Shown piece by piece: positions 1 to 13,408 of a stretch of DNA of 64,000 nt (position 1 is its first letter; each line of letters starts with the position of its first letter). Below the pieces are notes generated by a model, which saw only the letters and a program-made list of their open reading frames with translations, ran no database searches and was not told where the DNA came from. Made by a program: the position numbers and the translations under genes. Source of the DNA: Piromyces finnis finn (lineage: Eukaryota; Fungi; Neocallimastigomycota); the NCBI GenBank assembly GCA_002104945.1, contig MCFH01000009.1, positions 434,001 through 498,000 of the forward strand. The letters are read 5' to 3'.

Positions 1-3000
1 ATCTTGCCATCTTTTATATATTTGAATAAATATATTATATATATTTATTTTTTAAAAAAATATTTTATCTAATAAAAATGATAATAAAAGTTAGTGTCTG
101 CATTTAATATTTTTAATATTTAATATTGGCTGAAAAGAAAATAAAAATTATATTTGTTAAAAGTGTTTTTTTTAAGGAATTTAAAGTGTTAAATACAAAA
201 TTTAAATTTTTATGTCACAATAATTTTTATTATGCTATAATATATTTATAAATTCAAATATTATATATTGGGTGAACCATTTCTTTTTTTTTTTTTTTGA
301 ATTTCTTATTCCTTAAATATTAATTTTTTTTTTTCTTTTCATATTTATTTTTTTAAAAAATTATATTACATACTTTATAAAATTCAATAAGATGTTTATT
401 AATATTTTTTCTAATTTATTTTCTTTTTTCAACTATTTTATTTTTTAAAATTGTTAATTAAAAAAAAGTACAAATTAAAAAAAAAAAAAAAAAAAGGAAA
501 AAAGTCGCTATTTATTTAAAAAAAATTTTTTTATTACTTTTTTTTTTTCTTTAATAATATATTAATTATTAGTAATTATAATTATAATTAAAATAAAAAT
601 GAAATTTAAAAAAAAAAATGATAATATTTTATTTTTTTATTCCATAATTTTTCTTTATTTTTTAAAATTGATAAAATTTACCATCAATTTAAAATAATAT
701 ATGGTTTTAATATAAATTAATATATATCTAAATGAATTGTCCTTTTATTATTTTAATTATTCAATTTATTTTAATATATGATATTGTATATATCTTTTAA
801 AAAGCATTAAATTTCATAATATTAAGATTATTTTAATTTAATATATTTACATTTTAATTATATGGTTTAAAGAAATAATTAATTGATTCTTATATATTAT
901 TAATATATTAATTTCTTATGATGTAAGTATTACAAAACATGAATTATATAATTAATATATGATAAAATATAAACATAAACTATAAATCCAATATATTTTA
1001 ATTGAATTGTGCTATATATTAAACTCTACTTGAAATTTCTTAATAAAATAACTAATAAATAATAATAAATAATATTTTATATTTAATAATTAATAATAAA
1101 AAGATGATTAATAAAAGAGGCCTTTTTATTATGAATTTGAATATCAAGGCATAGAAATTATAAAAAAATAAAAAAAATGTTTATCTTCATTACTATCACT
1201 ATTATTATTAATAATATCAAGCATCATAATTAATACTATACTATTTACTTTGTCATTGCCAATGTTTATCAATAGCAAAAGATGCATTTTTTATAATATT
1301 TTAATAATTAATAAAGTTCTTTAATTCCCAATAGGATTAATATTATTTGTTAATAGTTACATTTCAATAGAAAAAAAAATAATCATAGAATTTAATTATT
1401 AATAGTATTATTAATGCTATTAATACTATTAATAATAATGATACTATTAATGCTATTAGTATTTATACGATTAGTTTTATTATCAAGTATCTGCTAATAA
1501 TTTATTATTATTTAGTATTCTCACATTCTCACTTTTTATTTAATAGACTTTAAAGTTTATTATAAAATTATAAAATTTTATTATAAAAATTTTAGCCATT
1601 TTTTATAATATATTATTTAATATTACTAATATATTATAATATATTGTTTTATATAATAAATAAAAACAAATAAAAATCTTTGCTTTAGAGAAGAAAGAAA
1701 AGAAAATAGGCATAACGACAACATGATAATACTAAATAGTCATTAAAGAATGATTGAATACTTTTTTCACAATAGGATGATAATAACAATAATACTAAAT
1801 ACTAAATGGAATACTAATAATACCAACAAATATTATTAAAAGTATCTATTGATTATGATCATTATATTTTAAAGTAAGACCTAAGCCTATACCTATCATC
1901 TAGAGTGAAAAAAGTTAAAATTTTTTTTTATTATTATTAGTATTCGTATTATTTAAATTGTATCAAAAGTTAAAAGTAATTTTTATTCAATTTCGAAGGA
2001 AGGAATGAAACACAGTAGTAATTATTTTTAGAGCTGTCAAACATTCTCTTTGTAATACTTTATAAATGGGTTAATAATAAAAAAAAAATTTTTTTTGAGA
2101 GTTTATTTATAATAAAAAATAAATTTCTTTTATCTACATTCACTTTATATTCATTCATTATTACTTTATTATTCCTTTAGAGAAAAGTGCTATTTTTAAT
2201 GGTGATGTTTTTGCTGTTTAAAATTTAACAGAAATTTAAAAGGTTAATTATTGCCGCTAATCCAAAAAAAAATTTAATTTTTTTTGTTTATTTTTCATTA
2301 ATTATTAAAAAAAAGTTTAACCTGCCGTTTTTTGAATAGTTAAAAATTCTTTTTTTTTTTTTTTTTTAAAAAAAGCTTAATCATAATAAAAAGAAGAAAG
2401 AAAAATGTTGAATTAAAAATGAAAGGTTTTATTTTTATCGCTATTTTAAATTGTGTTAGATAATAATATTAAGAGGAATCTAAAAAGTGTGATTTATATT
2501 ATTAACTTTTTTTTTTTTAATTCATAGCACAAGGATAAAGATTAGATTAGTAAGCCAAGTTTCTTACTAATTTTATACTATCATTATGATTTGGTCAATT
2601 TTTTTTAATACAGGATATAATATTTCTATGACTTTAAATGATAGTGATAGTATATACTTATTATTCATAATAGCTAAAGATGTAAGAATTTCCTTTTTTT
2701 AAATATTAAATCATTTCTAATAATTATTTTTTTATATTCTGGTTTTCTGCTTTTTTTTTGGCCAATGTACTAGCTGTTGCTGCCTATTCACTGCCTGCTT
2801 GTTCTGTTTGCTGTCTTTTAACACTTTTTTTTTCCAATAATACCAAATTTAACCTATCAAAAATGCCAATAAAAAATTATTCTATTCAATTTAATTATTT
2901 AATTTATTCCATCATATATTTAATATATTATTAATATTATTGATGTTGATAATAAAGTTTTTTTTCAATTTATTTTTTAATTTATGAATAATATATTGCA

Positions 3001-3485
3001 TTATAAATTAATATATATAATTAAAATAATTTATTATATTATTCAATAAATTAATTAATAAAAAAATTTCTAAAATTGGAATTTTTTTTAATTATTTTTT
3101 TCTTTTGACGTTCAGATGGAAAATCAACTTTTCTTAAAAGGAAAAATGGAATTAAACCCACTTACCATTCTAGGTCCTCTGAAATAACCATAATTAGGGT
3201 AAAAAAAAAAAAAAGAAAGAATAAATAATATCAAAATAAACTAAGGATTAAAAAAGATATTTATATATACATATTTTTATATTATTTTTGGAAATAATAG
3301 AATGTTTATAAAAAATTGGCATGATGGTCAAATAAAATTATTCAATAAATTTACTTTATATTACAAATATATTATAATATATAATAATAAAAGTTAAATA
3401 AATTAAAATGCCACATGAAGAACAGTAAAACAGAGAAAATAGATACTAACATGAACTGATAGTAATGATCATAGAATTATATAGT

Positions 3486-3587
<102 letters not shown>

Positions 3588-4139
3588 GGAAATGAAATAT
3601 TATTACTATTTACAAAGATTATAAACTTATTAATATTGGCATTTTATTTTGGTTTATTTTAATTATTAAAAAAAAAAAAACAAGTTTTCATTATCATATT
3701 TATCAAATTTCATTTCTTAATTAACAACTTTTTTTTTTTTAAGAAAAAATTAAACCTTAACATTTTTAAACTTTTTATTGTTTTTTCTTTTTAATGGTAA
3801 TTTTTTGGTAATTTCTAGATATATATTTATTTGTAGTTTTTGTAAGTTGTAATCTCAAAAAAATTATCATATCTATTTTATTTTATTGGAAAATTAGTAA
3901 AATGTGAAAGTAAAATATAACAAAATATTTTATTTCATATATTATTTTCAAAAACAAAAGTAATAAAATTAATAAAATTATAATAAAATATAATAAGTAG
4001 CATTTATTAATATTGTGTTATTATTAAAAAAAAAAAAAAGGTAATTAACGAGTATTAATAAAAAATAAAAAAATTTAATCTTTTTATATCATTCATTTTT
4101 TTTTTTTTATTAGAGGATATATCTATCATTATTATAAGA

Positions 4140-5458
4140 AAGATAGAAAATTATAAACAATTATTAGATTGTGAATATTTTGTAGATAAAACTGATTTTA
4201 TGTTTAACCTTTAGGAATAAATATATACTAAAGATAATTTTAATATGTATTTCAAGACCTAAAAAATTTAGAAAAACATTCATTATTGATATGCTTACAG
4301 CATATTACAGTTATTCAGAACAAAAAACAACTATTTTTTAATGATAAAAATATTAGTAAACGTTATATTAATCAAGCTAAAACTAGAGCTGAAAATAAAC
4401 CAGAAGAAAATAATTTGAAATATTTAAATGAATATAATGTTATAAAGCTAGATATGAATAAATATTTTTCTAGAAATAATAATTTTAATGTTGAAGTAGG
4501 CATAAAAAAAATTAAACGAGCTATTGTTAATTCTGTTAAAATGAAAATAAAAAATTTTAGTTTTAACGATGAATTTGATATTATTGAAATCATAAATGAT
4601 ATATTTATAGATAATTCCCAAAAAATTATTTTTCTAATTGATGAATGGGATTTTTTATTACGAAATAAAGTAGATGAAAATTCTATTAAAATTTATTTAG
4701 AATTTCTAAATGATCTTTTTATAGAAAAATCATCCATAGCATTAGTTTGTATGACAGGTATTTTACCAATAAAAGAATTTAAAGATAAAAGATTCGATAT
4801 GTTTACGGATTATTCTATGATTTATCCTTCATGGACTGCAAAATATTTTGAATTTACCAAAAGGGAAGTCGAAATATTATGTAATAAGCTACTAAAAAAT
4901 GAAAAAGAAAAGAATTATAGTTTGCAAAATTCTATGAAAAAAGAACAAAAATTAAATGACAATTTAGAAAGTGAAATATTAAAAGAAGATGAAAATTTCG
5001 AAATTGAAGAAGAAGTCGAATTATTTCATAAAAAGAAATCAATTTTGAAATCTATTGAGCATTGGTATAAAGGATATCAATTATTAGATTTACATACCCA
5101 AACATTATATGAATTATATACACCATATTCCATTATAAACACCATAAAAACAAATAGTATTAAATAATTAAATATAGGAGATTGCTTAGATCTTATTGAT
5201 CATATTTCAAATAATTTTGAAAAATTAAAATATAGTATGATTTCATTAACAGATTCTAAAATAATAAAATTAAACATAAAAATTGATTATGACATGAAAA
5301 TTGCTAATAGATGTAAAGCTCTATAAACTCTTGTTCATTTAGGTTATTTGAACTATAATCATAATACAGATGAAGTATTTACTCCAAATAGAGATATAAA
5401 ACAGATGTTTGAAACTTTAATCAATTCCGATCAATGGAAAGAATTAAATAAAAAAAAA
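4140..5458 (+). pseudogene. Degenerate AAA-ATPase-like module 1 (bacterial-type, PF09820-like)
   Basis: YFVDKT at 4176-4193, then stops at 4212 and 4218 and a frameshift to ICISRPKKFRKT (decayed RPRRFGKT Walker A, 4252-4278). A second shift enters ORF 4286..5167 (FLIDEWD Walker B, MTGILPIK, WYKGY, YTPYSII). The same frame continues through stops at 5165 and 5324 to TLVHLGYL..EVFTPNRDIKQMF. Confidence 0.85.
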
Positions 5459-5459
5459 T

Positions 5460-7103
5460 ATATTTTTTAATCCTGGATGTTATAAAATAAATGATTCTAT
5501 AAATCCTGATACATATGTTGATTAAACAGAATTAATACTTCATTTTAATGAATTGATTGAAAAAGTAAAAGATGAAAAATCATTTATATGGGATTCAAGA
5601 CCAAGACGTTTTGGAAAAACAATAACTGCTAATATGCTTGTTGCTTATTATAGTTATACAGAATCTGAAATACCATTTTTTAAAGACAAAAAAATTTCAA
5701 AAACTGAAAATTGGGATAAATATCTTGGTGAATTTAATGTAATTCATTTAAATATGATAAATTATTTTTTAGAACATGACTTTGAAGATGGCAAAAAAAT
5801 AATTTCTATGGAATTATGTAAAGAAATTAAAAGACGTATTCCAAATTTCAAATTTCAAGATAAAAATGATTTAAAAATGATTTTAAAAGATTTAAATGAA
5901 TTAACAGATAGAGAAAATATTGTAATTATAGATAAATATGATTTAATTGTACGAAAAAAGGAAGATGAAGATACTATTAAAAAGTATTTAAATTTTTTAA
6001 TTGGTCTATTTAAAGATAAACATGAGACAAGTGTAGTTTTAGTTTATATGACTGGGATTCTACCTCTTAAACAAGTTGGAATAAATTCTGGTCTTAATAA
6101 TTTTAGTGAATATACAATGATAAATCCTTCCTGGATGGCAAAATTTATTGAATTCACTGAAAAAGAAGTTGATGATTTGTATGATAGATATGAAAAAAAA
6201 GGTTTATCAAGAAATTTTAAAAATAGAATGAAAAAGTGGTATGATGGTTATAAACTAATAGATGAAAATAATTTAAAATATGAAATATATACACCATATT
6301 CGATTATAAATGCATTATATTATCGTGAAATAAGAAATTATTGGAATAAAACTGAAACCATAAAATTTCTCTCTAATTATATAAATATGAATTACGAAAG
6401 ATTAAAGGAAGATATAGGTTTTTTAATAAAAAATAAGAAAATAAAAATCGATGTTAAAAGTTTTCAAAATGATTTTACATCAATTAACTCTAAAGATGAT
6501 ATTTTTACTCTGCTTGTTCATACTGGATATTTAGGTTATGATAAAGAAAATAAAGAAGTATTTATTCCAAATAAAGAAATAAAAGAGCAATTTGAATTGA
6601 TTATGATGTCAAACGCTAATTGGAAATTTACTATGAATAAATTAGTACAATCTGAAAACCTTTTAAAGGCAACATTAAAAGGTGATGCTGAAATAGTAGC
6701 TAAATATTTAGAAGATGTTCATGATGATGGAAGTAACAATACATATAACAATGAAGCTACTTTAAGTTATGCAATACAATTAGCATATTATAAAGCTGAA
6801 GATTATTATATTAAATCCTTAGAAGTTGATTCAGGAAAAGGATTTGCTGATATTGTTTATTTTCCAACAGAGGAAGGTATTAAACGTGATTATCCTCCAT
6901 TTATTGTAGAATTGAAATATAACAAAACAGCAGAAAGTGGAATCCAACAAATAAAGAATAGAGGATATCCAAAAAGACTTGAAAAATATTATGGTAAAAT
7001 TTTATTAGTTTGTATCAATTACAATAAAGAAATTAAATCTAATTGTCCAGGATATAAACATCATAGTTGTATGATAGAAGAAATAGAAAAGAAAAAAACC
7101 TAA
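5460..7103 (+). pseudogene. AAA-ATPase-like + PD-(D/E)XK nuclease (PF09820 + PF08011-type), intronless, with in-frame stop near the N-terminus
   Basis: Frame upstream of ORF 5553 reads IFFNPGCYKINDSINPDTYVD*TELI (TAA at 5523-5525 where the family has YVDKT). It then reads SRPRRFGKT, IIIDKYD (Walker B E->K), TGILP, WYDGY, YTPYSII, LLVHTGYL, and C-terminal E..SGKGFADI..IVELKYNK..QQI..RGY nuclease motifs. Confidence 0.85.
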
Positions 7104-7509
7104 TATTGAAATTAAAAATTATAACCAAACATTCCTTTATTATCTTACTTTTTATCTTTATTTTTTTTATAACTAAAATATTATTTCTAATAATTCTTAA
7201 TTCTTATTAATTATATTTTAATAATTAATAAATTATAATTAATAAAAATGTAAATTAAAATATTTCAATTTATTATTATTCTTGAAATTTTTGTATTTGT
7301 ATTTGTATTTGTATTTATTTTTTATTTAGGCTATGAAGAAATAATAACAAAAAATATTAATATAAATAAAAATAAAAATTATTTAATTTCTTTAATAAAT
7401 TAACCAGTTAAATAAAATATAGATATAGATAGAATCAAGATTTACTTCAATTTTCATCTTATTAATGATGGTGATGTAGTCAAAACAATTACATTAAAGA
7501 ATTAATAAT

Positions 7510-7640
7510 GCAAAGCATTAGTATAAAGGTTATCATATATATTAAGTTTAAATACATATACACCATATTCCATCATTACTACCGTAAGAAGTGAAAATAT
7601 TGAAAAATTAATAAGGAAAACAGCTCTGAATTTATTTATC
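7510..7640 (+). pseudogene. Third, highly decayed AAA-ATPase-like fragment
   Basis: H*YKGYH at 7516-7536 (TGG->TAG of HWYKGY) and, after a frameshift, YTPYSIITTV at 7557-7586; matches module 1 (HWYKGY...YTPYSIINTI) at nucleotide and protein level. Confidence 0.65.
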
Positions 7641-8502
7641 AATAAAACTAAATTAAAATTCCTCTTTAAAACGTTTATAAATAAAATTTTATAACTGAAC
7701 TCCACTAATAAATATAATTTAATTAATATTTTAAAAAAAAAAAAAAAAAAATTAAAAATAATTAAAAAAATTTTTTTTTTTTTTTTTCATTTTCTTTTTT
7801 TCCTTTTTTTTTTTAATATTATTATTTTTTATTTTTATTTTTTATTTATTTTTTTTTTAAAATTAATTTGGACTTTATATAAACAATAAAATAAAATTAA
7901 ATAAATGAAAAAAAAAAACAAAAAAAGATTATTGTTTAATTTAAACATGGTGAAATAGATGGAATTTTATTTTTCCTTTTTTAAGATTTTTTTTTTTCTT
8001 TTTCTGATAAAAAGAAAGAAATGATGATAACACTGCTATAAAAAAAAAAAAAGCACTAGTATTTCCAATCTATGGATTTTAAAAAATTTAAAAATTAAAA
8101 AAAAATAAATTTACTCTTTTATTAAAGGGTGCAACTATTTTTTATGTTAATACAAATTTGATATATAGAGGAAATAATAAAAAAAAATATTCATGATATA
8201 GAGTGTAATTTATCAAGCTAAACCAATAGAATAATTCATCTATATTTACAAGAGTTAAATTCTATTTTTTATAATTTTTATTTTAGTTTTATTGTTAATT
8301 TTTTATTTTTATTATTATTATTATTTACTTATATTAAAATAGTTTGTAAAAAAAAATAAAACTCCCTTTTCATTGACACAATATGTATAAATTAATAATA
8401 AAAAAATTACAAAATTATTATAATACTACGATAAATAAATTTAAAAATCTTGATGAATTTGGCTTGGCTGTATTTTTTTTTTTTTTTTTCGTGATAATTA
8501 AT

Positions 8503-11500
8503 CTAAAGAATAAAATAATCTTCATCTTCCATCAGCTTTTTTCGTTCTACTTCTTTATTTAATATGTCATCGGTGGGAAGAACAACAGAGGTCTTAGGAT
8601 GATGAGGATGACGACTATGATTGGTTGGGGTAAACTTTGTGGTATAGGGTAAATAATCATGACTTTTTTTGGTATGATTACGTTTGGCTACAGCATTGGC
8701 TACAGCAATGGCATAGGCTCTTGCTTTCACTTGTTTTTGTAACCATTGTTCGGGTTCTGGAATACCTTGACGTTCTTTTTCAAGAATTTGTGAGGCAAAG
8801 GCTGCAGATGAAATATAGTTGATATTACTACCATTACCTTGGCCACCACCGCCACCACTATTGTTTGTATAGGTACTAAGGGATGATTTTTCTGGTGATT
8901 TTTCAAAGGTGGTATGACTATTATTTTGTTGTGCTATGGCAATAGGATGATTATTCTTACTATTCGTTGCAGGTTTACTGCGCATTTCTTCCTTTTTATT
9001 CTCATTTGATGTGGCGCTGGTGTTGCTTTCTGATTCCTTAGTCGTATCTAAATTTAAAAGTTTGGCAACAATGGGTATGCTCGTAAAAAAATTAAATCCA
9101 TTAAACTTGGGGAATTTTTTTACGCTAAAAAAGTTACCAAATAAATTATTTTCTATGATGGCTGGGGCCGTTTTAATAGTATCTTTACTTTCCTTCTTTG
9201 AAAGGTTTGTGTTAATTTGTAGGGTGGGTTTTTCCAGATTCGTTGATTTTTGATTATCACTGCCTAGAGGCAGTTTGGAATTATCTTTGTTGGCGGTGAT
9301 GGTTGGCTTTAAATAATTATTTTGTTTGACATTAGCGTCTTTATTCATTATTCTACTATGATTAGTAGTGTTATACATTGGGGCTGGAGAACTGTTGGTA
9401 CGGTATCGATGAACACTAATATTTTGATGAAGTTTAGAGGGTATTTTTGGTGATGTTTTTGATATCGTTGAAGAATTATGGGTATGATTTATGTTATTGG
9501 AAATGGTCATCATTGTAGTGACGGTTGTTGGTACATTTTTTCTTGGGTTTAAATAATTTTCAGAATGACTACTAGTGTCTTTTGATAATGGGGATGATAT
9601 TTTGGTTCTTGAAGATGAGGAGGTTATGTTTTTGGAAAGGGCCGAGGAAGTGGAGGGTAACATATCATTATTGTTCATTAATTTCTTGGAATATAGTGTT
9701 GATTTTTGATTAGAGTGATGATGACCAAAGGATTCCTTATTCTTTAGTTTTGAATCTCTTAATTTTAATTTTTGTAAACTAGCATTTTCTTTTATTTTGC
9801 GTTTAATTTGTTTTGGAGCTGCTGAGGCTGATTTCGAAAGTGTATGGGATATGGATTTCACTGAAAGTTTATTGCTAGATTTTTTATGAAGCTTTGATTT
9901 TTCAACTTTATCTGTTTCATATTTTGTTGTTGAAGTGGATGGCAATTCTTTTGTATTTGAATCTTTTTCTTCCGTATTTTCAGTCATTGCATTGGTGGTA
10001 TTAGTCGACATGTTTTTTTCAGATGGACTATTGGCCATCATTGGTATCGATTTGTCCATGGCTGTTTGTCTATTTTTATCTAAAATAGAATCCCATAATG
10101 ACATTGGCCGTTGGTTATGCTTTGATTGAATGAAAGAACTTCCTTTTGAGGAACGGATAGAACTTGCTTTATTATCATAATAGTTCAATGGATAACCGTC
10201 CATTGAAAGGTATTTTCTATTATTACTACGTGATGATGACAATGAAGAAGAGCGTAATAATACAGAATCTTCTTGAAGAAGTTTCTTTTCTATTTCATCT
10301 GAATTATCTAAATTTATATTATCTTTTTTACATATTTCATCAAACCATTGATTGTAAGATATTTGGGTTTCTTGTTGTTGGAACATTGTTCTAATAGCAA
10401 ATGGTGATGCTGATACAGTAGTTAAGGTTGAATTTATAGATGAGGCATAGGAATAGCGACGAATATTAAATTCGCTTTTATTAATTCTTTCAAAATCATC
10501 GGTGTATCGTTTATTATATGGAAATGAATTTGGTAGTGAATTATCATTGACGATGACATTCATAGAATCTTTATTATTAATTTTTATTTCAGAGTCATAG
10601 CCAAACTCTGTTAAATAATAAATTATGATCAATAAAATAAAAAGGATATAAATATTATACAAAATATTATAAAATTCAAATAGCGTATTAATATAGGGTA
10701 TTATTATTAATAAAGTTGATAATATAAAAAATTATATTACTATAATTATATTTCTTATAAATTTATGAATTAAAAAAAAAATTTTTTTTTCCCAACATTA
10801 CCTCCTCTATTATGATAACATTGATTATGTCTACTTGATATAGATGATGATAATGTTTTATTATCGGATTCGTAATATTCAATATTTTCTATATTTGATT
10901 TTGTTTCTTCATTTTGTTTATTTTCACTAGGTTTTGTTTCTGGAGTTAATTTAACATAAATGATTTCATTTTTATTATCAAATTGTTCTTCAACAGTATC
11001 TATATTATCATTATTAGTTTTATAATCATCTTTTCCTTTCTTTGTTTCATCTTTAGTGGATTCGGATTCATTATAGTTGTGACTTTGGGTTTCATTTTCA
11101 ATGCCATCTTCTAAATCCTTTTTTTCATCATTGATTTCATGATTTTCTAGAGTGAATTGTTCATTACTGACTTCTTTTTGACATTGTCCTTTATTTCCAT
11201 TTGAAATGTCAGTTTTTGTTGTACCATTTTCGTTACTCCTTTCTTCTTCTTCTTCTTCTTCTTCTTCAAGAAAAGAAGAATCAATTAATTCACTTGTATT
11301 TTCTGTTATTTTATAATTCAACTCGTCTCCATCTAATGAAATAGTGGAGGATGTATTTGATGCTATTTGATTTTCTAATAAATCTTCTTCATCATCCCCA
11401 TCCCCATCATATTTTATCATGTCTTGTATGCTATTATATTCCTCATCACTACTATCTTCGCTACTTAAAATTGTACTTTCATCACCTCCGCCAATACGAT

Positions 11501-12365
11501 AATTACGAACAACATTATTTACAAATGATGTTTGTGTTAAAAGCGATAAAAAAGAATTTAAATTTTTTGCTATGACACCAATTCGTTGCTTTTCTAATCC
11601 TATCTTGACAACGGGAAGTTGACCAATACTTACAGGACTACTTAATATATTTGATCCTATACCTAATGATGTATTCATTAATGAATTATGTTTTGTACTT
11701 GATCTACTGGATCGGCTAGTTTGAAAACCCCAGTAGGGTGAGCCTTTTGATGAATTGTAACTTTCATTATCTTCATCATCTTTTAACCAAAGTGCAAATA
11801 TATTTTCATGACTAAAATCAATAAATATTGGGTAAAAATACTGATTTAATAAATCATCGTTATAAACATCTAAAAAAAGTTCACGAAGGGTAATTTGAAT
11901 TTCATTAAATTCTTGAATTTTTGAAATTAAACATAAATTACCAGGTAAAGATCTTTTATTACTATTATAATAATAGGACGAAGTTTCAGAATAGGATGAA
12001 GGTATTGAATTTATTGAATTATTATATGTACTCTGAATCGACTTCGTACGACTTAATGGAATTGATGAAATATTTTTAGAAGCTGTTCCTTTACATGCAA
12101 ATGTATTTAAACTAGAATTACTGCTATCACGTTTAACATTACTGGTTAAATGACTATTTCTATTTAATGAAATTTTTATACTTGAAGTATCTTTCACAAT
12201 TTCATTTGTATTATTTGTTGAACCATTATTATCCTCTGTTTGTTCATTAAAATAATATTTCAAAAATTCAATAAAAATGGGTGGAAATTTTGGTATAACA
12301 TTAGAAGGTAATGTTTTTATATAATAGGATATTATGTTTTGAGTTTTTTTAGGATATTTATACAT
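8503..12365 (-). CDS. ~1222-aa low-complexity protein with N-terminal SUKH/SMI1-KNR4-like motifs; 2 exons (12365-10802, 10607-8503)
   Basis: ORFs 10770..12365 and 8503..10662 join in frame through a phase-1 intron 10801-10608 (G|GTAATG...TTAACAG|AG); exon lengths 1564+2105 = 1223 codons. Confidence 0.75.
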
Positions 12366-13372
12366 TTTTTTTTCTTAAATTAATATTTTGTTGTAAAAAG
12401 GATATATTTATTTTTAAATTAAGGGTTTATATATATAAATTATTATGAATATACATAATTTATAAATTTGACTTTAAAAGGATTTTTATTTTAATATACA
12501 ATAATATCTTAAATATTGGGTAAAAGATACTATTTGTAATAATTAATAATAATTATCCTATATTAAAATTAAATTGTTTATTAATTTTTTTTATATTAGT
12601 TATTTTCACAAATTAATACTGGAAAAAAAAAAAGGAAAATTTTATATTTATTGATTGTACAATAAGAATTATATTTTGGTTTTTATTTTAGAAACAAGAA
12701 AAACCTTTTAAAAGAATTGGTAATATTGATGTTTTTCTTTTTTTCTTTTTTTTAAAAAAAAAATAATAATAATAATAGTACTTATTTATATAATTATAAT
12801 TATTATTAATCTATATGCTTATATCGATTTCAAGTTTTATATTTCTTAATTTCCTTTAATGTTATTGATAAAGGTTAATGAAATCTTTACACATTTGTTG
12901 AACAAAGATATTTTTATTAATAATTTTTGTTATATTTTAATTTCTAATCTTTGAATTGAATTTTAATATTTTTATCAATATGTAGTTCATAATTAACAAA
13001 CGTTTCTTCGGATTGGTATTTATTAAGGCTTTATATATTAAAGTTTGAATTTATGTATAATTTTAAACAATTTAAAAAAAAAAAAATTAGTTACTAATAT
13101 AATAAATCAATGGTGTAATTTATATCTCAACATTTAAACTCTCAAAAAATAATTTATTTTATTCTAAATAAATGTGTTCTACTTTTATAAATATCCTTTA
13201 TAAATTTTAAATAATCTTAAAATTAAACTTTCTTTAATTTACAAAAATGCCTTTTAAAATTTCTATAATAATTTCTGTTCTATAAATATTCTATAATATG
13301 CAACTTTATTTAAAAATTATAAATGAAGTATTTATAAAACATTCTTTGTATATAATATTAACAAAGATAATT

Positions 13373-13408
<36 letters not shown>

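Noticed and set aside
4140-7103. Interpretation as bacterial contamination or an intact prokaryotic defence operon
   Set aside because: The locus is embedded in fungal-type homopolymer-rich DNA, has the same AT-rich codon usage and is decaying; no operon partners, SD sites or CRISPR arrays were seen.
8637-10394. Several short plus-strand ORFs (8637, 9011, 9935, 10164), and similar ones at 11351, 16854, 27047, 27477, 29887, 37850, 38489, 50847
   Set aside because: Antisense or off-frame shadows of real exons; no independent motifs.
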